From Takakia lepidozioides (taxonomy: Eukaryota; Plantae; Bryophyta), in the NCBI GenBank assembly GCA_030704615.1, contig CM060731.1, positions 68,634,001 through 68,698,000 of the forward strand: a DNA stretch of 64,000 nt, given 5' to 3'. Each line of letters begins with the position of its first letter. The first letter of the stretch is position 1. The translations under genes and the position numbers were made by a program. Positions 1-12,672 of this stretch are shown here, piece after piece. The notes under the pieces were generated by a model. The model searched no databases. It saw only the letters and a program-made list of their open reading frames with translations, and was not told the origin of the DNA.

Positions 1-895
1 TAAGGAGTGTATGTCAGCATGCTCCAAAACAGCCAATGTGGCTGTTCGGGGTGAGTTTTGCATTCCGTCCTTAAGCTCCCGACGAGATGAATTCAAGGTC
101 AGATGGTGGGGTCAGCTGCAACATATGTCCAACACCAGATATCCTAAGTTAATCGACTCTATATCTTGGAAACAGGACCGCCCTGTCAAACAGGCTAAGT
201 CCTGGCAGAAGAGAGTAGAAGAGATTCTCAAGGACCTGGACCTGGATCCGCAAGTCTTGACCCTGCTGGATAAATCTGACTTAGAGGCTGTAGTATCCAA
301 AGCCATGTCTGTTGCCATGGGATTGTCTGATGAAAATGAAGTTAGGCAGAAAACTTCCCTGAACTTGTTTCCAGTCAGTGACATGGGGGAGGACATCTTG
401 GATGACCTCAAGGGTCTACCCACTCTCGGCACCAGACTGAAATTTAAACTCAGGGCAGGAAGCCTACCTTTGAACAGCAAACAGAAGCAGAGGGGAAACC
501 GTTGTGTGGGCAATCTGAAGACAGTATTCATTTTCTGATACACTGTCCGGGGTTCTCTCACCAAAGAGACGCTCTCTTCAAATCTATCAAGGGAATTGTG
601 CCTGTACCCCTGTTTACCAACTTTGAAAGTCTCGAGGCTGCGCCAAAAGCCCAGGCCCTCCTGAGGCCTAGTTTTTGGGCAAATCACACGGCAGATTGAT
701 GCTTGTGTGAAGGGATTTCTAGAGGATATCTGGAAAACCCGGATTAATTCTACATATGAAGGTAAGTCTTACTACCAACGTCAGCCCCTGACAGAGGTAG
801 GTTCTGTCCCTTTTGTTCCCGCTCAAACTGGGCGCGGGGTCAATGGCCACAAGGCTACGGCAAACAACGTCTTATGAGTACAATCTCTAACTCTA
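1..895 (+). mobile_element. 3' part of a non-LTR retrotransposon (LINE): end of ORF2 with C-terminal CCHC-type zinc motif, frameshifted; continues off the window start
   Basis: ORFs 11-538 and 502-699 are nearly identical to the minus-strand copy at 9584-10260 (CPLCGQSEDSIHFLIHCP motif). This copy has small deletions near 495 and 690. It ends in a TCTCTAACTCTA tail. Confidence 0.75.
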
Positions 896-1350
896 CCTAC
901 CCTCGGCTCTAGAGTGAAATTTGAACTCAGAGTAGTGAGTCTATTGAACACTAAACAGATGCAGAGAGGAAAGGGAGATTGTTAGTGCCTGCCCAACAGT
1001 TAGACCCCAACAGGCCAGGGCTTTAGGCTCAGCCTCGAGATTTCAAAAGTTGGTGCAGGCACTATGTTCTTGATGATCCTGAAAAGGGTTACTCTCTGGT
1101 GAGAATACTCTGGACATTGTATGAGAAAATGGATATTGTCTTCAGGCCCCTTGCACAGCAGATTGGTGCTTGTCTGAAGAGCTTTCTAGAGGAAACCTAG
1201 AAAGCCCAAACAAATTAGTTATATGACAGTAAGTCCCCATCGTGGAGTGAGCCCCTAACAGAAGTAGTGTCTGTTCCCTTTTGTCCTGCTGGGTGTCTAT
1301 GGCCACAAGGCTACGGCAGGCATCTTATGAGTGCATTGTATCTAACTCTA
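891..1350 (+). mobile_element. Older diverged copy of the same LINE 3' end with an internal inversion (~991-1155)
   Basis: 891-990 and 1156-1350 align in + orientation to the young copy (ggccacaaggctacggca...tctaactcta). 991-1155 aligns to its reverse complement (ctttaggctcagcctcgaga...gtcttcag). Confidence 0.7.
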
Positions 1351-3654
1351 AAAAAGTTACAGGAGGTCTAGCAGGCCTACAGGGTCGATGCCTTGAAGGG
1401 TCCACCATAGCCAACACTGGCAGTTGGTCAATAAGTACATAACTAGTGCAATAACCACAGGAACACCTGTTTCAAGGTACAGGGCTAAAGGAGCAGTGCT
1501 GGAACCCTCTCATACTTTCTAGCGTGAGTTAGGACCAGCCCTTAAATCAATGGACAGTTCTGGAACCATATTGTCATAAGTTGTGCATAGGCACTACAGC
1601 AATTTGGGGCTTAAAATCACAAAACCTGGTCGGCTGAAACCCTACAACTGGTTCAGGATGGTTAGCAGACACTACTGTGCAACAGTCAACTCTTGCGAAG
1701 AATGGTCAATGATGACATCTTTGTCTCTCTTTCTCTCTACTATCCTTTTCACTCGACGATTATGACGTCAATCCCTGCGATTCCCTGTGACTGGATTTTT
1801 TTATGAGTTGTTCATTAATGCTAAAGAAGTTCCAGGCGGCATATACTCTGGCAGGTTGAATTCCCACAACTAGATCCCTTTTTTAATGCCGAGAAGCATT
1901 CTTGACGTAGTACGTGCCCTCAGGGACTCTCTCTCTCTCTCTCTCCTCCCTGTAGTCAATTTTCTTTGTTTTGGCTCAGGTGAATATGCTCATGAAGCAA
2001 TATCACAACTCAATTCAATGGGTTACTCTCTTCTCATGTTTTCCTGCTGTGAAAAGGATTCTTTGCTTGTATTTCAAAGGCCTTGGCAGGTCATTCTTCT
2101 GGTGTGTGTGGTAAGTTAATGTACGTTACGAGCTAGGTTCAAGCTAAGTTAGGGGACTTGATATGGCTTGTTTTGCCATGTGCAGGTGGGCAGTGGACCC
2201 ACAATTGGACATTGTGGTACCTGCAAAGAGCACACCATGGCCTGCCCTCCCTATCCAACAACCTTCACCTCCACCACCTCATCCCACCCCCATTGTGGAG
2301 GGAGGGGCATTGGTTCAGCCTGATAAGCACCGGGAAGGCAATAAGGTGGCCAGTCGGGATCCCAAGCCCAAGCGGACAAGACGGAAGCGTCAATCTACTC
2401 GCGGTAAAGTGACTGAGGACATGCGGGACTCGACTGTGACCAAAGGCTTACAGTCACGGCAATAAGATTCTTCTGTGCATAATGTGAGGGAGGTCCTCAA
2501 GATGATGATTTTGTGGCTCTTCAGATTTCTTCTCTACAATTTTCCAATTCCTCCTCTGCTTGCATTGGGCCTCTGGTGGAAAGGGAAGCCATTTTGGGGT
2601 GTAGTAGTCAAGGTGTAATGAGGTGTATTTGCAACAAGGGGAGGTCTTACAAAGCCCAGATCAACGTAAGCTCAGGGTGTCTGAAATCGCTAAAGCACCC
2701 CCTTTTCCAATGCAATACCCAAACTGATTATCAAGCAGTGCCATTGTAATCAATCTACCAAGCTTAATTCCTCACCACCTTAAGTGCATGCGATCATGAG
2801 GTAGCTTCAGTGAATCCTACCACTTGTGCAGCTGACTGGAGAGTTTTGTTCTGCTGATCAGATGTCCATGCGATTGTATGATCTTAAGCTGTGCAACCTT
2901 GATTGCACTTGTCTCTATACTGCATGTGTAAATATTACATGGCCGGTGCCTGGAAAGAGAATGTATGAACACCAGGAGAGCACAACACGCACCCTTTTTG
3001 CAGATTTCTCAACATGTTTGATGCTTTGACCATATGCACTTCCACTTGATCAATTTGCTTCAGTGAGTTTGTCATCCAGAACTGATCATGGGGGGGCCCT
3101 AAATTTAGCACAAGCTCTGCTGCAGCCTTCCATGAAGGTGAGGACTGAGCGCCCACAGCCCTCACCTCCATGTGTTGGGCATTCATTCCTCCATGTGGCA
3201 CACCGAAGGATTGAGACACGCAGAGTCGATTGACTGGGCAGTCTTCCCGGCCTGATCTTGTAACTGCTGGCTAGCTGTGTTGACGGCACTGGTTGGGGAG
3301 AAGCCTTTCTTTCGCTCCCGGGGTTAAGAGATGAGCTAAAAGGCAGTGGTTTGAAGCACAAAACAAGGCATCAGCAAGACGCATCTCTTGTGCCTCCCTC
3401 GGACAGGAATTTCCTTTGCATCAGGTGCAGACCCGTCAGCTACTCTTGACAACGCACTAACGCTCATGACTGTAGGAAACTAGAAGTCGTTGCTGATAAG
3501 TTGAGTGCCATGGAACTTGGAAGCGGGTAGCTAGAGAGTTTAACGACCCCACTCCAGATGAGAGCAAGCAACATCGTGTTTCGTTCTGGAAAGTAGAGGA
3601 AATTGAGGTAAGTTGGTTGGAGTGAACTTCGAATCCAACTGATCTTCACAGCCA

Positions 3655-3812
3655 AATACTATGTTCGTTTTGAAGTTCCTTGTCGATGATCTCACAATTA
3701 TCGCACAGGCTACCATTCCAAATCATGCTGCACAGTCGAATACTGCGCTCGTTCTAAAGTTCCTTGTTGACGATTTCACAATTATCGCACTGGATACCAT
3801 TCTAAATCACAT
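3655..3812. repeat. Two-copy tandem duplication, period 84 bp
   Basis: aatact..gttcgttttgaagttccttgtcgatgatctcacaattatcgcac at 3655 recurs diverged at 3739. Confidence 0.8.
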
Positions 3813-4624
3813 TGTTGGTGGAGATGGAAGCGAGCTTGTGTTATTGTGATGTCCATCTAAACAAACTTAGCCATATACCTGTTAGGAGGTAGGGCTGACC
3901 GCCCCAGAACAATTAGCGATCAGCAACAGAGCTAAAGTCGCATTCATGAGGTGAAGGAAATTTTTTATGTTGGTTGTTGCTCAAGTTGATGATGGTGCTC
4001 AAGAATGGTGTAGTGTTCGCGTCTTCTTTGATTGTTGATCTCGCATAGGGTTGTGTCAGGTCCTCGTACTCTTGCGCTGCATCCGTGCTTTCCATCTTGA
4101 GCTTTTCCATTCGATGCCTCCCAAGGAGGTGAGCGGAAGGTAATGGTGTGTGAGAGTGACTGGGTCCCCAACCCAGTAAGTAAAATCATCTCTCTCTCTC
4201 TCTCTCCGGCAAAGAAGGTCTTATGAGTAACTTCTCTCTCTCTCTGTGGTTCTTTTTTCCATTTTCCGAGGGTAGGAGAGTACCTTCTTGATCGGCACAT
4301 GGTCAAATTTGTAGGTCAAACATCTCGAACACAACTTTGGCAAGCCTCAATCTCTCTCTGCCATTGATACTTTTTTAATGCAATCGACAGCTGACTGTTG
4401 GGGGAGAGCTATGGCCACTTAATACTGACAATTTTGAGACAATTTCAACAGGTTGGTCCTGTGGAGCTTGCTGGAAGATTCAGTTGTCTTGATCTGAATT
4501 ACACCTTCAGCTTTAGTCTCAATTCTGCAAGACTAGCACGTGAAGACGCATTCACTCATATCACTCCAGAATTTGTACTCAGGAGTTCTGGATATCATTC
4601 ATTTGTTCATTCTGAGATTGAAAG

Positions 4625-7600
4625 ATGAAAAGCAAGGGAGGCCAGGGAGCGTCTCCAGGGGCACAAAGCAAATGGCCTATCTATCTTTACGTTCCTAACC
4701 TCATCGGTGTGCACCTTTGTCCTGACCCTGTACCCCCGCATTTAAGTGCGGCTGTATTGCTGAATCATAGTACTTTTTTGTAGTCTGTGCCTAGAATATC
4801 CAATGTACCCTGGCTCACTACCTCTGCTGCTGCCCTGCCCATCCTCCATATGACAAGTACAAACATACACTTGCTAGATTTGTGGATGGGACTCCTTGAA
4901 CGAATTAGGTCTTTTTAAGCATTTTGTGTTGGATGCAGGTATTGTCTTGTCATTTTGTGTGAAGTATAAAATATAAAGCATCTTGTGTGTGGGCATAGGA
5001 TTGCACTGGGTTCTCTCTGATGTTGCTTGCAGTCTTCTGGAGTATGAGAGTCAGTAGTAAACACTTTTCTTCTGAACTACCATGTGCAATGTCACAATCA
5101 AGTTAGTCCTTTGCTCAAGCAGGCCATAGAGAAGCCATGCTTGTTGAAAGGGAAGAGAGAGGCAAAAGTGCTCTGCATGGCTGCAATCAAAATGATGGGA
5201 CTCACATTTAGTATATCAAGACCCTTTCAGAATGGACAAGCTCTGCTACAAACACTTGGAGAGGACAAGGTTGAATGGATGGGGTTTCTGGGGGCCAACA
5301 GGATATGCAAGGATTCTGGCAAATGTCATTGCTTTTTCACTGGCTTTCACCAACAAGAACATGTTTGTAGCATTATACTTTATAAGGTAAGCTTTGACTT
5401 TTATGTACGTGAACAACACTGTATTTATTGATTTAGCATTTGTGATACAAAAATCATCATTAGTACAGTCCCAAGCTCCCATAATTCTCAATTAGGTTTT
5501 AGGCTGGTAGCGGACCGGGCATAGTCGGTGTAGGCACTGAGCATCAGTTGGAAGTGCTCTTGACTGACTCTCACAGATTAAGGGTGCATAGTGAGGTAGA
5601 GCAGAAGGCACCCCTATAAGGTGAGGCTGGAGGATCATGCAGAGTGCCTGTTTTCAGGGCTCACTGAAGGAGCAGCCTGGGCTTTGTAGACTTGAGGACC
5701 TGGATTCATTTCTCTACAAAATGGTTCAGTGGTCCATTGATATTTACCCCTGGTTTGATGGACTTCAGTGCCATCAGCTTTGGTTTACTGAACAGCTTTC
5801 TAATCTACCTTCCTTTTGTTGTTGTTCACTTGTCTACAGCTTCATTTGTGACGAACTTGATGGCCGCTTTGCACGTATGCTTAATCAGAGTAAGTGTGCT
5901 CTTGCCCATCTTCCCTTCCCTCTCTTTGCCTATTGCTTTTGTCATTGTGTGCATAAGAGGGAGAGAGGGAGAAAGAGACATCGCTTGTAGTAGCCTCATG
6001 CCGATACATACCTCACCTGCTTTGGTTGGAGTAGAAAAGGGGAAAGACCGCGAGGGGGACAGAAAGATAGCAGAATCGCCCACTGTCGTTGTGGAATGCT
6101 TGCTCGAGTAGTGCAACTTTACATGTAAGGAAGTTAGCTGTAGCCCTCCAGAAAATTTTCAAGAAAAATGGTTATCTGGAGCTTCTCAAACTGTGCAGAA
6201 ACAGGTGTCTACCCAATGCTTGCAGGAATTCTCAATCAGATGGGTACCCATTATTTATGTCTGAAAACATCTGTTACCCTCACTATCACGCCCATGTATT
6301 GGGCATCTAGATTCCCCTCTTCCGACCTTATTCAGCTCGCAGTAGAGAGGTAGGAAAGACAATTTGATGCCCTCCCACAGATCAATATCTTCCTGCCAAT
6401 GACAGCTTCAGCCGCATTCTTGACACCGTCCCAATGCACAGTGATTGGAATGTTAGCCCTGGCATTTGCATGTGCTGTTGGAAGCCCCTGAGTCGCATGA
6501 TCAGTGGGAGGGTTCCTGGGAAGGATATTAACAAAGTGTCATTTGATTCCTCAAACTGAACTCTTTTGGTCTGTTGTATGGTTTCACCTCGCCATACGTG
6601 CCTTTGGATCTGCTTACAACCAGGTTATCCAACCTAACATGTTTTTTGCTTAATGAGATTTCAAAGGGACCCCTCACCTTTTCTTGGGTTTGTTTCATGT
6701 GATTTGTGGGGTGACAACAGCCTCGACATTGGGTGCTGTCTTGGACATGGTTACAGACAGGTACTTTTCTATCCCTTCACCTTCAGTTTTAAAGAAGTCC
6801 ATGTCCTAGTGACAGCTCTTGGGTTATCTGCTGTTTGGACTTTGTTTGGGGGGCCCCCCTGGAACGTTGCTAAATTGGGGTGCAATAACTTTTAAGGCAC
6901 TTGAACATGTGTATGTATGTCATGGGAAGAACCCTGGAATTTTCCTCATTGTGATTGGGACAGCCACTTGGCCTCGTGAACACCTGGATGTATTCTTTGC
7001 TCTAGCAATGAAGCTTCTACAATCATGATCACCTTCATCTCTAGTATAGCCACACACTTAACAGTCAAGGTGTAATATTTATTACTCACAATGGAATCGT
7101 TCATACCGAGAGTGGTCTTTCGCAGTTGGTTGTCTTTTACATCTCTAGTCTTTGTTTTCTCATGTATGCAGGGTTAGCACTGCTGGACTCCTGGTTCTCC
7201 TCACACATATGTATAAGTAGGCTTCCTCTCCTCTCAGTATATGATATGATATGATATGATATGATGTTGATTTGATATTGGTTAACCAGCAGATTGCTGA
7301 AAGGTTTTGATGTGGCTTCTTACAACACAAGCTGGATGTATCAGTCTTCGTAAGGAAGCTGTTCATGTTGTTACATAAACCAAGAGGATGTAAAAAGTCT
7401 TTCAATTGTAGCATGAAGGGAGGAAAACTCCTTTGCTTTAGGGTGTTAGTACCTGCATTCCATTACTTCCACTGATTGCATCATGTGGAAATGGAATGGT
7501 AGGTCCTGGGTTGGGCTATTTCTTGGGCTGCTTGCCCTTGACATCTCCAGCCACTGGGTACAAATGTACAGGTGTGTATCAAGTCACATTGTTATTAAAT

Positions 7601-10600
7601 GGTTTTGTCAACATTGTAGAATTACCTGCTACCAATTAACTACGTCCTGTTTCTATCTCTCAAGTGTCTTGAGATACCTGTGTAGACATGGAAATGTTGT
7701 TCAAGTATATGGTTCAATCAGAAGTTAGTAGGCAGGGGGAACTAGGCTGTGCTGTAAATAAAATGTGTCTTGTCTAATGTTCACAACAATGTAGCATGCA
7801 GGTTTCATACAATGTATCTCAAGAGAAGGAGTTTGACTGTTGTCACTTTTGTGATGACCTTGTCCTCTCTATCATGTCCAAACAGCATCCCGATTACATT
7901 TCACCAGATTTTAAGTGCAGTCTTTCTGGTCGACTGCCTGACTCTCTCACCCCTCAAGGCCAGGCCCCAAGAAGAGAAATGAGTTTGCAGGGCTTAATAT
8001 GTAGCTGAAGGTGGTTCACATGTAAATGTCCTTGGAGATTTATGTTTTCATTACTAAACTGTGAGGGTTGGGGGGAGTACACAGCACATTCTTAGCAAGT
8101 AAGACAAGCCACAAGGATATGGGAGACAGTAAGAGCACCCTGCTGCGTCTGTACTACCACCACCGCTTCTTCATGGGCTACTGCGCCATTGGTGCTGAAG
8201 TATTGACCCAATTCTCTATACAATTCTCAGATTGTTTGCACAACTCTGAATTTGCATAAATGATGTGTAGCAATGAATTGACTTCCCCGATTCACAGGTT
8301 CATACCTCATACAGTGAGAAAATTTTGTGGCCTTGACCCTAAAAATATTCCTCCCTCTCCTCCCTTTTGGCCGTCATTTCGTTGCATCAATTCGTTGTTG
8401 CCGTTGCTGCTTGCAGTGTTTGTTTATGCCAAAACTAGAGAATTGTTTCACAGATCTCAATTTACATGAAACCAGCTTTACTCAAGACAGTAACCATGCT
8501 TGCTGTCTACTCCTATCTGACAGATGAACCTTGGGAGACAGAGAGACTTGCCTTATTATGTATATGGTATATAGGTGATGTGTCACTTCAGCCATTCTGT
8601 CCCATGCCAGTTGTGTGGTCGCAGTGTCTGTAACTACCTGTGACCTGGGAATCAAAAATAATCTGAGCCTTCACTCTGCCATGGTATTATTTAGTATACC
8701 AAATATAAATCTATAGTAGTCAGAGTGAGTTGTGATTAACCTGCAGTATTTCTGTGGGATCAACTTCCTAGTGGTATGTCTCTGGTCAGGCATTGAAAGG
8801 GTAGTTAAGCATGGCCTGCTGCTTGTCGCCCCTGTAAAGTGTGTCTTGTCACATGGTGACACATGTAATTTGTATTGGAGATAGTGAGCTGTATGGTGCA
8901 TTTTCTGGGCCAGGTCATGTATCTGGTTTTGTACATCCTTGCATCAGATGGGCAAAATGAGAGCCCCCTTGAGGTACTCTTCGCATCCTTTTTCTGTCAT
9001 CTTCTGGTGGAGGAGGATCAATGTTCCACACCAATTGATACTTCATTTCAGCTGTTCTTCTTTTCTAATCTGGAAGGCCACCATCACTCCACAATCTGTA
9101 TGTATCAAGAATGCAACATGACATGCCAGGTTACACTAACCCGAAGTATGAGCATGGGACATATCTCCCCTCTTGCATGGAAATTCAATGTCCGTGTGCT
9201 CTTCCTACTGCATAGTGCTGAGATACCTTGCAAACTTAGCCAGTACCAGTTACCATTGCTGTGAAAGCAGGTTGCAGTCAACATGTGCTTGTTATATAGC
9301 AGTTAGAGAGATTCATTCAAGTACATTTATATATGGGGCGAGTGCTTGTCAGCCCAGGGTGAAACTATATGCATTTGTAATATAGATCAACATCACCGGT
9401 TCAGACCTTTTCAGTTTGCTTTGAGAACTACAATTGGTGGGTGCATCTTTTGTGCAGGTGGCCATGCATGCTACGAAACAGACGCCATATTATGTGGTGG
9501 TTCTGGTTGCTGCCTTACCAGGCTGTGCCATCAAGCAATTAGTCAATCTGGTTCAGGTACACGTCTCCCACACATTGCAGAGATTGTACTCATAAGACGT
9601 TGTTTGCCGTAGCCTTGTGGCCATTGACCCCGCGCCCAGTTTGAGCGGGAACAAAAGGGACAGAACCTACCTCTGTCAGGGGCTGACGTTGGTAGTAAGA
9701 CTTACCTTCATATATAGAATTAATCCGGGTTTTCCAGATATCCTCTAGAAATCCCTTCACACAAGCATCAATCTGCTGTGTGTGATTTGCCCAAAAACTA
9801 GGCCTCAGGAGGGCCTGGGCTTTTGGCTCAGCCTCGAGACTTTCAAAGTTGGTAAACAGGGGTACAGGCACAATTCCCTTGATAGATTTGAAGAGAGCGT
9901 CTCTTTGGTGAGAGAACCCCGGACAGTGTATCAGAAAATGAATACTGTCTTCAGATTGCCCACACAACGGGCAATTGCACTCTCCCTTTCCTCTCTGCTT
10001 CTGTTTGCTGTTCAAAGGTAGGCTTCCTGCCCTGAGTTTAAATTTCAGTCTAGTGCCGAGAGTGGGTAGACCCTTGAGGTCATCCAAGATGTCCTCCCCC
10101 ATGTCACTGACTGGAAACAAGTTCAGGGAAGTTTTCTGCCTAACTTCATTTTCATCAGACAATCTCATGGCAACAGACATGGCTTTGGACACTACAGCCT
10201 CTAAGTCAGATTTATCCAGCAGGGTCAAGACTTGCGGATCCAGGTCCAGGTCCTTGAGAATTGCAGAGAGATGTATTTATTGGCTTGTAGGTCCGTAAAT
10301 GCCTTGGCGGGATCCCCTCCTTGGCTTGCCTATACATAGGACCCAAACTTTAGCCTCAATATAGATGTTTTAACTGCAGAGGCAAATACATGTCAGGAGG
10401 AAAAGTTGGTCAGCACTCACATCTTCCTCCCTCCTGGGTTGATGACCTCTTCAAGTGAGCCTTTCAGCTGCATTTCTGGGGGAATGCAGCTTCTAGACAA
10501 ATACAAGAAGGGAGGACAGAACTGTTGATGATCAGTGATCATCAACCTCATCATGGTTGGCTTGGAGTCTTCATATGTGAGATTACCTCTTGACGCTTTC

Positions 10601-11242
10601 TATGACTCCCTGTAGACCTTCTTCACTATTTCCCAGTCGTCCAAGTATCTTGAAACGCCAGCACAGGGATGGTTATCCCCTACCTTTATACCAGAGCATT
10701 GGGGGCATCCACATTTTCAAAGAGATGGTTCCATACAACATCAATTAGGATGGGCCAGAAATGGCATCCTGCACTTCGTATAATTATATTGGAAGTTAGT
10801 CCAACTGTGTGGAAGGAAAATGGAAACTTGTAATCGATGCCTTTCTGGTGACAAAGTAGCTAGATCATGGAAACACTTCCATCTTTGTACGAGACATATC
10901 ACCTTGGTGTTCTATGGGGATCTACACAGTGCAGTTCCTTGGTTGGAGGGAAACCCCAAGCAAACTTCAAATAGAACTTCAACAATTTATGAAGTGGATG
11001 CTGTATTTTAAGAATAGGCCATGCACAAACTTCGTCCCAGGCTGCATAGAGTCCAAGTTACTGGGATCTTGCTGGTTTGGGAGCAGATGTCAGGAGCAGC
11101 AACAGTCTGTACTGACCATGCAACCTAATGCCCTGCCAGACCTAAGAATTGTATGGTTCTTGGACATGGGTGGCAGATTAAAACTGCAGCAGATGTGTGC
11201 AATTTCTATGACATCCAACGACGAAGCATCAAGAGTCAATAG
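4625..11242 (+). CDS. PIS: CDP-diacylglycerol--inositol 3-phosphatidyltransferase (phosphatidylinositol synthase), 236 aa. Exons 4625-4706, 5302-5386, 5840-5889, 6721-6760, 7172-7216, 7503-7571, 8085-8199, 8914-8973, 9458-9556, 11177-11242
   Basis: The spliced product reads IYLYVPNLIGYARI...CDELDGRFARMLNQTSTLGAVLDMVTDR (CDP-alcohol phosphotransferase motif)...LDISSHWVQMYSTFL...IKTAADVC. All introns are GT-AG with matching phases; 711 nt total. Confidence 0.95.
7238..7265. repeat. (ATATG)n microsatellite in a PIS intron
   Basis: Direct reading: atatgatatgatatgatatgatatg. Confidence 0.85.
9584..10260 (-). mobile_element. 5'-truncated young LINE copy, antisense in the last PIS intron, with target-site duplication
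   Basis: Open ORF 9590-10228 with CNCPLCGQSEDSIHFLIHC. Flanked by the direct repeat ATTGCAGAGA at 9574-9583 and 10260-10269. Confidence 0.85.
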
Positions 11243-12672
11243 ACAGCTGAGCGAACTCTTAACTTTTATTCTTGTCCCAGTGGGTCTTTGGCTGCTTAGA
11301 GGTGAGTGTAGAGATGATTGATTGATTAGTTTGAAGCCTGCTGTTGATAGGGGGTAGTCAAAAACATTAAACTAGTTGGGGTTGGATTCGTTGCCCTGGC
11401 TTTTCTTCACTTTACAAGCAGAATGTTAGCTTATTCTGGCAAAGCAGTGCTATTGTATTCCCAGTATCAGTTTGTAAAAAGTGAAACGATTACAAGGGGA
11501 GAGCTATGTAGTTTCAGGTGAGTTTTGGATATGGCCAAATTGTTGAATTCTGGAGTAGGTTTTGGGTTGAAAGACAAAAATCGATTGTAAAGCATGGCAG
11601 TTTTGCAAATTTTGTATTGATCAGTTGTCAGCTACCAGGATTGACATTCTTTTTGTGGGATGGTTCTATTGGAGCCAATTTTGAAATATGTTTCCCTGCC
11701 TGCCAAAGATGAAAATATGCCAATGTGGGAGAGCAAAAAACCTCTTAAATTATCTTCATTTCTTGTTTGGAGCTCAGTGAATAGTAACTCAATGGCATTC
11801 TTCAAAAAAGAACCTTTGAATTTGGAGGCATCTTACTTTCAAGTAGTCAAGTGCTGTTGTTCTTCTACTCTCAGATAGTTGGATCCTGTGTGGCTCCCTG
11901 TAGATACGTTCATCTATAGGAATAACACTATAGGAATAACACGCCAAGAAGACATAATGCAGTTACATACAACAGCGGACTTTGTTTGTATCTTAAGAGA
12001 TGGGTCATCGTCTACCTCGACTTGATGGTACAAACCAATACATCCTTTGGAGCAGAGTGACACACTTTCTTGCACAATGTTGCTGCATCCACCACAATTC
12101 AACTTGCAGATCAGCCCTCTTGGGGATGCAACAAAGTCAACCGCCCATTGTGGTTAAACCATCTCTTCAAAGATGCCATGGCCAGGATGGATCCACATTG
12201 TGAGCAGAGTATTACAAGTGTGTTCATGATCTTCATCCTTTCACAAATGCAGCACACTCTCAGTCATAGTACGTCCATATGCATTTATGTTACAACTGCA
12301 AATACCATCAACTCCTCCCCAAAAAAGTCAATACTCCCTTCATTTTTAGAACCCATGTAAGGAGCCTGTGAACTGTGAATCTGTGCTGTTTCTTTGATGG
12401 CTTCCACCTCAATCGCCCTGATATGAAGTCACCAACAGTACACAAAAGTGTTGTCTTTGCAAGAGTCTCATCAACATGCATCCTGAAAACATATGTGTAA
12501 ATGATGATCCAAAAACAACCCATATGGGGAACCCCCATGTGGGTTGTCCACAAGGGACCCACACATAGTTGTTTACAAATGTGTGTTGGTATTGAGTATT
12601 GAGGCGCTATTTCTGCGGTCGTCTCTTCTCTTCACTGTGAGTGAGAGGGAGGAGAGAGTGCGTGTGTGGAAG

